Source: Klebsormidium nitens (taxonomy: Eukaryota > Plantae > Klebsormidiophyceae). Taken from it: a DNA stretch of 64,000 bases. A program made the translations under genes and the position numbers. The stretch is taken from NCBI GenBank assembly GCA_000708835.1, contig DF236964.1, positions 186,001-250,000 on the forward strand, in the 5' to 3' direction. Under the pieces are notes generated by a model, which was not told the origin of the DNA, did no database searches, and saw only the letters and a program-made list of their open reading frames with translations. Position 1 is the first letter of the stretch. Each line of letters opens with the position of its first letter. This document shows positions 36,694 to 49,100 of this stretch, one piece after another.

Positions 36694-39600
36694 TTAGTGA
36701 CTGGTCTCGGCTATTCGATGGTAGTCCTGCGTTCTAAACGCATCCTCCACCAGTTTCGTATCGACAGGCCCGGACAGATCAAACCCTCTAAAGCTGTTGA
36801 CGTTTTGTAGCACGCCATCAAGTGCGGACCAACTTTTCGGGTCTATATTTGACACCAAAAACTTGTCTTCGATTACGGACTTTGGGTAACCTTCGCAGAC
36901 CTGACCCACAAAGTACCGACTCGCCACGTAGTGAAAGTTAGCATCACCATTGTCGCTTTCCCCACTGCTACAGAAAGTAGAGACCAGCAGAGACTGATTC
37001 CTGGGGATGGTGATCACACCGAATTGGCCCTTTTTGTTGGAAACGAGGCTCCAGTCTGGAAGCTCGTCTCTGGTGCGATCGTACAGCATAACTTCACCGC
37101 TCGCAGCAGAGACGCTCCGTGCTTCGCCGTTTGCTAACCGTCCGTAAAAGCTGTCAAAAACTAGCCCGGGAAAGAGACTCGACATGGAATCCATGCCGGA
37201 AACGATCTCGACCTCCCGCAAGCACCCGCCAAACGCTTCGATCCGAAAGTCGAGTGTCAAGCCCGCAAACCCAGGCCGCAGACTGAAGAACGTTGACACC
37301 CGCCCAACTGGTTTCGACTCGGTCTCGGAAACGGATAGAAGCGTTTCGAGTCGCAGAAAGGCGTCACTCCCAGGTCTTCCGCCGCTGATCTCCCACGCGT
37401 CCGGTACGAGCCGCGTTTCCAGCCGTCCGATCTCCGATCGTGCGGACACGAACAGCCCGCCGTACCGGACGCCCGCGGTCCCCAGCACCAAGTCCGAGCC
37501 GTGCAATAGCGTATGCTTGATCATATGGTCCTGGCCCTTATCTACCTGCCCGTGCAATGCAGACACCCCATTCGCAATATGGAAGGTGTCGTCCTTGCCC
37601 CGCTGGGCGACGCACCGCTTGAGGGGGGGCGCCCATCCGGCGAAACGGACCCCCCCGAACGTAAGCCTCCGCAGCCACCTATTGACCTCCTCGCGCCGCT
37701 TCTGCGACGCCGTCGAGAAGAGCTCCCGCGCCAAGTCGTCCGTTCTCACAGCTTCGCCGTCGTTAAATCGACCGACTTCGTTCTTCTCGCGCGCTCCAAT
37801 CTGAGCACTTTCCCGCGCGCCAGATCCGCTCCCATTGCGCCACGTCAGCGTGACGTCGCGCAGGAGCGCCACCCAGCGCGGCGCCAGCTCCGGCCAGTGC
37901 GCGAGCATGCCGCGCGCATGGGCGGCGGAGGGGGCGACGCGCCGCGCGTTCGGGTCGCGCAGGATGTCGATCGCGGCCGCGGCTAGCGCGCGCGCGTCGC
38001 GGAACGGGACCAGCGCGCAAGCGGGGGGTCCGGGTGCGGTGCGGTTGCAGAGCCATTGGGCGTATTCGAAGGGGGTCGCGATGGCGGGGCGTTTGAGGCC
38101 GACCGCGAGTGCCAGAACACCTGACGAAACCTGCGTTTGAAAGGTTGGTTAGAGCTGATTAGAGTTTATTTCAGTGGCATAGATGGAAGAACATTCAGAA
38201 TCGTTTTGTGTATTGCGAAGGGCGTCGCGATGGCGGGGCGATTCAGGCCGGCCGCGAGTGCCCAAACGCCTGACGAAACCTGCGGGTTCAGACATTGGTT
38301 AGAGCTGGTTAGGAGTTGATCTCAGTGATATGGAGGTAAGGACGTACAATATTGTTGGTTGTATTGGAGGGGTGTCGCGATGGCGGGGCGTTTCAATCCG
38401 ACCGCGAGTGCCTAAAATTCTGAGAAACATGCGGATTTATTGCTGGATAGAACCGACTTATACTGGCACAGAAGTGATGGGTGTATTTGAAACGAGCGCG
38501 TTTGGCGGCGGATGATGAATGCTAAAATGCCTAACGAAACCTGCGGGTATGGATATTGGTTAGAGCTGATTAGTCTCGAGTTTCATTGGCCTAGAAGTAC
38601 GGACCGACAGAACTCGGTGCATTTTGAAAGGCATGGCGATGGGAGGGCGGTTTGAGGCCGACCGTAAGTGACAGAATCCCGGAAGAAACCTGCAAGAAGA
38701 TGGGTTAGTCCTCGTTCAGAAGTGGATTTGAGTTGAGTTTAGGGGTCTGGTGCCACTTGGCGTACTCAAAAGTAACGAGCAAACGTCCGGATGGTGGACT
38801 CAAGAGTAGTCGTCCGGACTCCAGAAGAATGAGATGATTCTCGAAGTTTCACAGGCGAAGTAAAGCGGGTTTTGAAGCAAGTTCCACTTGTTCTGAGAAG
38901 AAGGGTTCTCAAACTGATGAGGGATTGCGCTGGTGAAGCCGTTGAAGTCCGCAACCGCAAGTGCTTAGAAGACAAGAAAACCTGTTTTGGAGAAGTTCTG
39001 GCCGGCGTGGGTCACCAAGTGAATTTGATGTACGTGTTTGAGAGAAGAAACTGCGGCCGAGGGAGACTCCTTCATTTGACCGGGCTCTGAAATAATGGGG
39101 GAATAAGAGACGATCTGCAGCTGATTGTTGACTCGGCACGGGGTTCGAAGTAAAGGTTTTAAACTCAATGAGCGTGAACGAAGTGCGTATCGGTCAAGCC
39201 CCACTCCATTTGCCAGCACTTCAGACAAATTTTAAGGGGGAATGAAGGAACCGAGTGAAGGTGAACTCGCCGATTGAGTTTGCGCGTGCTCGGAAGAGTG
39301 GGCTACCAAGGGAGGCAGTGCGTTTGAGTCGGCGCCGCAACTGCCAAAACTCAAACATGAATCCTGGGGTTCCGAAAATAGAGTCTGAGATGGTTCCAAG
39401 ACGAGTTAGAAGATTGCTCCAGAACAACACCGAGTAAAGTTGGAGGTTCCACGAGGATCGGAAGGTTTTCAAGCAAGGTCTCTCAAACAAGTGGGCGTTT
39501 TTGAAATGGGGCTACGAAGGTTCCAGCCCGACTGCGAGTGGCAAAACTTCTCAGAGAACCTGCAGAACAATCAATTAGGCCTAGGATGACAGTTTTAATG

Positions 39601-41852
39601 GATGACAAGCTGGTCTCATCACCTGTTCAGACCGTCAGCCGGAACCCGTTACATTTTGCCGTTGGAAGATTTACGAACGGGCCGGATTGGTTGTATGCGA
39701 CAAACATTTTCCCGCTTCCTTGCCAACCTCCAACTCTGTCGAACGTTCTACCTGGCCATTTTGAACTGTCAGACGTTTGCTGAGGAACGTAGCCGTCCAA
39801 TCGAACAAAGCCGTCGGAATCGGCAAAGCGATGATCCGTTTGACCGGAACGATAAGTGGTTTCGTTTGTGCCCTGCTCATACGCAGAACCTTCGTCGACG
39901 TCTGCTAACTCCAAGCTAGGCCTTGTGCGCAATCGCCTCTCCTTTCTTGGTGGACGAACGCTGATCCAATCGTTTCAGGGACAGATTGAACACCCTTACT
40001 TGCTCCCAACGAATAACTCTGAGTTCTCACAACCATCTATACGCTGTTGGGAAGCTTGCGTTGATTGCACAGTCCATTGAATACAGATAACGGTACAAAA
40101 TAGTGTATCAGAACGCGGTTCTCAGCTGAGTCGGGTCAATATACGGCTTCACCACCAAACTTCACCTGGTAAAACGTTTTGAACTAGATGGGAGTGCAGA
40201 AGAAATAGATAAAATGCGGTTCGCACCTGAGTCGGGTCAATATATGGCGTAATCACCAAGCTCGCCCCGCTGATCTGCCGTATGAGTTCGTCCTTGCTGA
40301 CGAACGTCACCTCGATCCGAACCGCGTCCCCCACCCCGAGCGTCTCCGCGAGTCTCCTCAGCGTTTCCACATAATCTCCCGCGATCTTAGGGGGATCCCC
40401 CTGAATATGGTACACTGCGCGGGGGAGTGCCGCTTTCACTTCTCGCATGGCCTCGATCATCGATTCGATGCTTTTCACTGGGGCCAGCAGTCCGGGAGTA
40501 AAGATCACCAGCTTTTTATTCTTGTCTGGGTCGTCCCTCTGTCTAGCTACCGGTTCGGGCACCCCGTGCGGCCCAAACGTACAGTTGATTTTAACAGAGA
40601 CTTGGGTGCGTAGACGGGCGCATAAGGAGGGCAGGAATACTTGGACTAAAGTTGAGTGACTCAAAATCTGCTGTAGAACCACCTTGGCTTGGGCAGTGAG
40701 TAATAGGGGGACAGTGTGTAACTCAGTCACTACGGGGATGGTTAAACGGGTTAGCAAGGCCAGAACGAGCTCTCCCGACTCTCCTCCGAAGATACCATAC
40801 CTGAGAGAAAACACAGGAGTTTGTCATGGGTTTTATTTCGCTAGCCGCTGGTTTCTAAGGAGTCATAATTTGGGTTGGAGAAGTGGTTAATGGATAATCA
40901 ACTGCCTTCTGATCAACGTAAAAAAGGTCAACTCAGAACGACCCAACAAACAGATTGTATCAGAAATAAACTTCAATCGTTTTGTGTTGAATCTGGTCAA
41001 GGCGTTCTATCTGGTGCAGGGACGAATCAGGCTGCAAATATTCAAAAGAAACTGGCTTTACGTCTGGTATCGCATCGATTCAGAATCTGGAGCAACATTA
41101 TACTTGCGAAGGAGTATCTCTCGTCAATCACAGTTGGACACCAGCTGATGATTGCCTATCTGCAAGTTGCGGAGCTGGCTAGCAGGCATAAGCTTATCAA
41201 GGAACTTTGGATCATTATCCAATCCAAAACATTTCCTGAGTCGGAACTTCAAAAGACTCAGTAAAAGTGAACTGCCCTTAAGGTTGCGTATGAGATTTGG
41301 AAAAAACAACATTTTGTGCCAGACAGTATTGGGGGGAGCAGAGAACTTGGCTCACTCGTGATGGACGTTCAGCACATCAAAGTGACGGTTGATGACGTCA
41401 GCAGCCCGGACGTAGTCCCCCACCTCCCACTTCCTGATCACGAACGAAACCTCATCCCCATAACTGTATGGCGTCCCCTCATCGTCCACTACAACGATGC
41501 CGATACTCAAATGGGGGGTCAAAATGCCAGCTGCCACCACCCCCCTGTGGTACAGATCATAGGTGCCCTCCGCAACGCCGCACTTCTGGGGGGGGTATGA
41601 GCTCAAAATCCCAATCCTTAGGGGAGCAGGGGCTTTGCTGACCTCAGCAGCGGTCAGACCCCCGGAACAAGACCCCGGAGTGCCATCACACACTTTTCGT
41701 GGGCCAAATTGTACCGTCGAGGCCGGTGGACTCCCCCTGGTGGAAAGATGCACCATAAGGACGAGGCCCGCCAGAGCCACAAGCAGCCCCCAGCTGCGGC
41801 GAACTAGAGCGGAGACGAGCAGCCACCGGCGGTGAGCTGTTCGCGCACCCAT
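36694..41852 (-). CDS. GT4 glycosyltransferase paralog B (same architecture as A)
   Basis: Exons 41852-41356, 40800-40227, 38130-36694. Motifs RIGILSSYPPQKCGVA, HHE|YGIFGGESG, PVVTELHTV, TPGLLAPVKSIE, TPYIDPTQ|VSSGVLA. Same two intron positions as paralog A and a clearly homologous C-terminal domain. Confidence 0.85.
38200..39570 (-). repeat. 5 or more degenerate copies of the acceptor plus 5' end of GT4-B exon 3
   Basis: gcgatggcggggcg..ccgaccgcgagtgcc..gaaacctgc variants ending near 38280, 38430, 38540, 38690 and 39560. Confidence 0.85.
40115..40175 (-). repeat. Copy of the 3' end of GT4-B exon 2
   Basis: ctgagtcgggtcaatatacggcttcaccaccaaact duplicates ctgagtcgggtcaatatatggcgtaatcaccaagct at 40227-40262. 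Confidence 0.8.
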
Positions 41853-43182
41853 GCCTGATGAAGCTGCCCTACGCCTATGCTTTTCTGATCATTCTGAGGA
41901 CCACAGCAAACTTGCATAAGCAGCTAGATATAAGGATATAAGAGGAGTGGCACAGCCAAGGGCGGCTAAGCCCGTGAATGTAGTCAATCAGCCCATTTGG
42001 AAACCCCTGCGACCTCACTATGACCGCACGGGCAGAGACCCAGCCTCACCACCCATCAATCTGCACAATTACAGCTGTCACTAAGGAGGCCTCATCATAT
42101 CTTGGCGCTTTCAGGATGGAAACCAGTGAGTACCCAAGTTGGCGTGGTGGCGAGGAATTGTTGCGGACAGCTTTTCTACCCCTGCACGCTTCCAAGTAGA
42201 TACATCAATTCTCTAGGAATGGACGCTAGCTGGAGGAAGGGGACAGATCTTGCACGTTGAGGGCAAACTCGGTGAGGCATCACAACCCAGTATGAAATCC
42301 TGGCGGCATTGTGTGCACTATAGAATGTGGACGTGTGCACCAGAGGCCGGTGAATGCTACTGCAATAGTAAGCGGCAGCACTTACCAAACAGAGGCAAAA
42401 TGCACGACTCGTGCACGTACTGATCGTTCTTCTTTAAGATGCATGCAGGCCTGGATTGATGCTCCCAGTCCTACCCAGCCAACATGTATTTCTATGGAAT
42501 TACAGCACGATTGATAAAAGCCTGCTCTGGACAGTGGAAGGTCCCTGAGCAAAATCGAAGCTCATCCGATCTTTGCAGTGCTTTGCGCCCAGCATGACCA
42601 TCTCAAGCTCTCCATATCATGGCATATGGAATCTCCGTAGGGGGTCAGGGCCGGGTCAGGCCCAGCGTACTTTTCGGTGAGCACGGGTGACGGCCCCTAG
42701 CTACCCACTTCCTTATAGTTACTTCAACTTACGCATATGCCCTTTGCCGGAGCGGGCGGCAAAGCCTGGGGGCGGTCCACTGGCCACAAGACTCAAACGC
42801 GAGACATGACCGTCGATTTAGGGGAGTGAGCCAAACGTAGCCGTTGATCTATTAAAGGTAGTACATTGGAGATAAGTTCGAATGTTGAATCAAGAACGCG
42901 CGCAGCAAGCATAGATGATAGTACCATAATAGGTAGCACGTCTTGAGATTTGGGAGGCACCCACCGCCCGAGTACTGAATGGCTCATTCAGCAGCCATGT
43001 GTATTATGCAAGGATACCTTCATCTTCGCATGAAAACACAGGGAGGTCGTCCAGTAATAGTCAAGCTCAATAACATGGACAACGTATTGTGACGCCGGTG
43101 CTAGAATCGAACTGGCTCTTGGCTGCCGTTCTTTTCTCAGTTTTACCGCATTGCCTGGTCTCTTTAATTTCAAAAGACGTTC

Positions 43183-46100
43183 TCAAGCTCTCTGTGGCTG
43201 TGCCTCTGACCGGACGACGAGCCGCGGTACGTCATTCAGACACTCTAAACACGTGCACTCCTTGGTGCACGGCACACCAGCCTGCGGAGGGATGTAAAGG
43301 GAAGCTCAATCAATGATACGTCTCCGTCCTTCGTCACCATCCGTTCGCCATATATATTGGTGCAACTTTATGGCATCATGATCTTTCCGTAAAGGAGATG
43401 TATAGAAAGATCATCTAGCGTATGAAAATTTCTGGCCCCAGGCTCGATTCGGATAAGGCCCTGACCGGCGAATGAAACAATGATAGCGTGAAAGAGGAAC
43501 GAGACCCGCTCAGAAGCTCGCAGCACTGCCGTTGTTTCAGTAGAAAGCGTGAGTTGCCCGTGATTTCCAAAGTCCACAAGCAGAAGGCATGAGTTCAGGC
43601 ACGAAAGACTACGTTATGAGAAAATAAGAAGGCGGACTAAGGAAGCGAATCGAACCAAATTCTATAAGATGAAAGTGATCAGCAATCTTCCGCGAACGCA
43701 TGTGTACTTTCAATGACTTCAGCAAGAACAAGGAGGGCTCTTCAATGAAGGATGCGAGTCATGCACCCACAAGCTTCTTGAGTGGGACACGTGGCGCTCA
43801 CCTGGAAGCACACGCAGTACTCCTTTTGGCACTGCGACTTGCGGCAGTGGCACCCCCCCCGCACGTGCCTCTGAACCGCTAAGCCCACGCTCCGGTCCTG
43901 CGCAAGGAGGACGACACGTTTCTTAATCAGACTCGTTCGAAGGTCTTTGAAAAGGATGATTACATAGAAGCTGGTCAGCTTCGGCGTTTAAACCGCTGCA
44001 CGTCATCACTGGTTGGTCTCTGCTCGCGGTTGGCGAAAGTATGATCCGTCAAGACTGTGATAGAGGATTAAGACCGGGATGTGCCGGGATTGGAGGCGTT
44101 ATGTCCATAAACTTGCAAATAGCCGGGCAAAATTCGATTTAACGACTGGGCTGATATTGTAGGACCTTCGGAGAGTCGGCCGACGTCAGCCCACACTTGC
44201 TCAGATAGCTGCATCCGGCTTTGAATGCGAAGCAGCTGCAAGAGGAGATTGCAGTCACCGACTTGATGGCTGCGAAAGGGGAGCTAAAGAGACGTTCATT
44301 CTCAACGGGAACCGGCTCTAAGAGCTTATTCCCATAGTATCAGCACGATTGAAAGGACTTGCGGATCTCCCTCTGTGGGCCGCGACGATACCTTCAGCTT
44401 GCGTCATATCTGACTATCTCGCCCCCTCCACATGGCTTGAAAATGGGCCGGTAGAACGGAAGCGCTAAGCACGCAAAGCCTGGGAACGACAACCCGCGCT
44501 GATGATGTCACCCGGCGACAACTGACGTCAGCACGAGGTGCCTACCTGCGAAGTGCTCTCTGACGTCCAAGCGGCGTTCGTCGCGCCTGAGAGTCTGCCG
44601 CCCTTACCGCTGATAAGCAGGCTTGTCGCCAGACGCGTGCACCGAAATGGCAAATCAGTGACGTCAATTTGAATGAAGTGACGTCAGCGTGAGCTCACCT
44701 CGACGATCCGGAAGGCGTTCGGCTCCTTCCGGATGATGGCGGCCTTGCGCTCGTTCACAATCGCCGCGTTCTCCTCCGTGTTCAGGCAGTTGACGCACAG
44801 GCAGCCGGAGCAGTAGACGCCCGCGGCAAAACAGTCGCAGTACCTGCGCAAACATTCAGAACAACTTCTTTGAAGACGAAAGAAGGAGGGACGTGTCTTG
44901 TCAACGAGATTTAAAGTAGCTTCCACATCACTGTCGTGACGGTTTATGCAGAGGCAGCCGGAGCAATAGACGCCCGTAGCACACAGTCGCAGTACCTGCG
45001 GGTTCGTCGAAAGGAGATATCGAAAAATGGCCAGTGGAAATGCTTTACCTCTTGATTTCATGTTAGTGTATCATATATTTCAAGACAGCAGTGTTGAGGC
45101 GCTTGACGCAGAGGCAGCCGGAGCAGTAGACGCCCGCGGCAAAACAGTCGCAGTACCTGGCCGAGCATTGCGATGGGATGTTAGAAGTGGCTCGTCGAAT
45201 TGAATCGGTACACCTGCCGAACAATCAGGGTAGATGCAGACGAAGCAGAGGCATGTAAAGCAATAGAATTCCAAAGCAGAGGAGTCGCAGAACCTGCGCG
45301 AAAGAAAATGTCAAAAGTGGCTTGTCGAACAGTTTGCTTCGTTTTCCCTTAAACAATGCTGATGTAGCAGAGGCAGAGGCTACCAGGGAACTAAACGCCC
45401 GCAGCAGAATTGTCGCAGTATCTGCGTTAAGAACGGTTTCCCTGCTTCAATGAGATACGATCATGGTAGGGTCACCGCGCTGGGACTAATAGGTTTACTT
45501 TTGCACATTGAGGGTGGGTAAAAAAGCGAAGCGAGTTGATCTCCGGGTTGAGGCTTAAGTTTTTATCGAGGATTATGTATATTGTGGTTCATTGTTACGG
45601 TTCTTAAATTAAGCCTCACGGATCTCGCGTACAGCCTATCCAAACTACCAGTGATTAGGCAAACTGAGGCAAAGGCGGTCACAGCACTAGACGCGTTTGT
45701 CGAGGCAGTCACAGTTTATGAAGGATAGTAAACGAGTTCCGAAGAAGAGGCTTCCAAGGCGAAGGCCTTGCTTCTTTTGCCTCGTTTGTGTCGGCGCTGA
45801 AAGAGCTGGCTTCCAAACGAACGAGAGAGACAGAGTCTATGTCCATTTTGAGGTGCTTTGAAGGCCGTGGAGGCACAGACAGCTCAGGCAGCGAAGGAGT
45901 CGGTGTCGTTGATTGTGCGTCCGTATATTGTGAGGGCCAAGGCTAACTGCCGAAATCTGAAATCCGTACAGCAGTAATACAACATACAAAGGACCGTACT
46001 TCACATCTTTAACGGAGAGTGCAAGGTCAACTCTCTGACATTCTATCTAGCGTGTCACTGCTTAAGTCGCTCAGAACCCTGTTTGAAATCGGTCAGTGAC

Positions 46101-49100
46101 CCAGGACAAACCTGCCACGCTGGCAAGATGAACGCCCCAGTCTTTCCGGTCGACGCGGACTCGTTTCTGTAGGCAGAGAAACTCCACCAAAAGGAGACTT
46201 CGAAAAGACGGAATCATATGCAGCCCATTAGATAAATCTCACAGTTTGAGGCACTTGGACTTCTTGCACTTGCACCGCAGGCACTTTGCCGCGTCCTTCT
46301 CCTTCTTCCCCGCCGGGCAACTGTGCCCGTCACTCTTTGCGACGCTGCCGACGCTGCCTCGGTCGTTCTCTGCTAGCAACCTGCAGGAAGAAGCACAAAA
46401 AAACCGCTCTTAGTTTCTCACAAATTCGTTTTGCTGACACCTTTGCTGGTCGTTTTTGGCTAACAATCTGCATCGAAGTAACACAAATTGACCGCTTTCA
46501 GACACCTCCCATTGTGCTAGTGACAATTCCTGGTCGTTCTCTGCTAACCAATTGCACGAAAACAACACAAAACCACCGCCTTCAGACTTCTCCAAGTTCG
46601 TGTCATCCAGACTTCCCTGGCGTTCTCTGCTAGCAGCCTGCATAAAAGAAGCACGAAACGACCCACGCTACTCTTCCCCAAGCACCGCCGAGAATACTTC
46701 TCCGTACGTACTAGTCCGCATCATACGAGGAACAAAAGTGACCGGTACTACGCTCCTACGCTCCTATTAAAGACGAGCGGAAACAACACAAGAAGCCTCC
46801 TAGAGATGATGGGAGCTCTGTATGCATCTTTCAGCGCGGGTGTTCGTCCGGTGAACCATGCAATGGACAGGATGTTATCTCACTTGGTCACCATATATTG
46901 ACCTTGGGCTTCATTATCAAGACTAAGGCAATTGACTGCTCAACGGCGCAATGGTTTCGTGACCAGAAACAGTTCACAAGGTCTAAGAAGTCCAATTGCG
47001 CGTCTAACGAACGGATGTCATAATCCTCGGAACTTGCATGGTCCCACCAAAAGGCGTCCTGACGTTAAGCCCCACGGAAGTGCGCCGCTCCACAGAGAAT
47101 GCACACATTTTCCAGAATTGGCGATTCAAACCATCCGATTCTGCAGTGGTGGGCAAAAGAGGCAGGAAGCACGGTTTCTCACCGCATGTTCTTTGCCAAC
47201 ACCTCCTGCCGCCGCCAAAACTGCACCATCTGAGGATTCGGCGCCGCATCCGGCCCTCCCCCATCTTGCGCGCTGAATGAGCCCCCCGGCCTCTGCGCCA
47301 CCAGCCGAGAAAAGTCTTCCAGCCCCTTCCGCATAAGCCCCGACGCACTCTTCGTTCCCCCCGGAGCGCTCGCGGGCGGCTGGACGTCCGGAAACGCAGT
47401 CGGACGCATCCGGTTGGGCTGCCCGCTGGCAAACGCCCGAAAGGCGCCTGACGTGCTGCTGACGTCAGGCCCCCTGTAGCGAGCCTCGGGGGGGCGATGG
47501 AGCGCCACGGCGCTCCGGATTTTGGGCGTCCCCGTTTCGGGGGGGTGGAAGCCCGCAGGTTGGGAGGGCTTGGGCGCCCCCCCGCTTTGGCTGCCCGCCG
47601 TCCCAAGCGCTGGCTGCTGTTTTTCAGGGGGGACTTCTCTGGGCTGCTTTTGGGGCAAAGCGCCGTTCCGTTTCGCCTCTTCCACTGAAATTACCATCTT
47701 CTCAGCGGAGGCTTTTGCAGAGTCAGCGATCTCCGGCACGTGGCCGTTCCCCCCCGGTCTCTGCACGAGTCTGTGCGGCAGATTGTGGCTCGCGCCCGGA
47801 CCCGCTCTTCCGACCACGTTCATGCTCGGAACCCCCACGTTAGCCCAATCCGTCCTGCGGGTTAACTCCCCCGGTTTGCTAACCCCGGGCTTCGCCCCTA
47901 ACAGCTGGGTCTTCCCACAAGACCAATGACTGTCCCCAGGCTCTGACCAACGCTTTACCGCTGGGTTTGGTGTAAGCGGGTTCCCCACCCCTGGCTGGTT
48001 TGGGAGGGTTTTGCCCGCGGTTAACTTCGCCCGGTTGCTCGCCCCGGGCCGTTCCGAGAGGCCGGCGCTCCGGATCAGAGACGGCCCCGTCGGCAGTTTG
48101 GTAAACCCGCTCAAACCCGTGCTTAACCGCCGGGGAACCTCAGGTACCCGGAGCTTCGGACCGGCCCCCTGACCGCACACCCCCGCAGGGGCGTTTTTGG
48201 GCACCGAAACGGACGACGCCACGTGGCGCTCCCTCTGCTTGCCACGTGTCACCTCCCCGCCCTTGCCGGTCCGTCCCATTTTCGAGATTGGAAGCTCGTC
48301 ACCAGACCCGCTGCTGCCCTCTCCCCCGGTTTCCGCCTCCTCCCGAGCCCTCTTTGCCGTTTCAACCGCAGTCCCCCCCCCAGCTTCTGGGCTCGCGAGA
48401 CCCCCCCTTTCCACGAGCGCGGCCGCCTTCGCGAGCGCGTCCATCGAGAGCTTGCTGGCCGTCCGATCGAGGTTGGACGGCAGCGTATGCAGCGCCGGTT
48501 TGGCGAGAGGCGCAGAGGGATCCCCCAATCTGCCTCGGTCGCCCAGCCGCTGAGAACCAGAGTTGGAGGACTTTGGGGAGACGTGAAGGAAAGCGCTGGC
48601 GGCAGTGCGCGCCTTCTTCCTGACTCCGGACAGCGGGCGCTTGGTTCGCTTTCTGCGGACGATCGGAAGATCGGACGGCTGGCGTGCGTCCGATTCGCGC
48701 GTGAAGCGCTCATGGCCCTTCTCAGAAAGGGGCTCCAAGTCGGCCTCCAAGGCGCTTCCTGGGTGTGACGGCTGTGCGGTAGTGTCCTCCCCTAACGCTG
48801 TTTTGGAGGCTTTGAAAGATCTGGTAAGGGAGTCGGACGGTGATTCCTGGGCGTCTGCATTTGGAACGAGCCTGCAGGGATGGCGGTCATGATTCGGCGA
48901 TAGGTGCACAACCTTACGAGTTGCAATACGAATAACCTTTGATTTGGAGTCTTGACTTTGATTGCAGGGCTTTCCTTCAACCTCTTCCGTCTGTCCTCAA
49001 TGGAGATGATGTATGGAAGTAATTCTCCATAGCAGAGAGCGCACACCCTGAAAGCCAAGCACTGGCTTTCAAATCTCTTTAAGACACGGGGGATGCAAGA

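Noticed and set aside
37184-38140. Plus-strand ORFs of 206, 157 and 101 aa (and 28162-28722 on minus)
   Set aside because: Antisense shadows of the GT4 terminal exons. Their mutual similarity simply reflects the paralogy.
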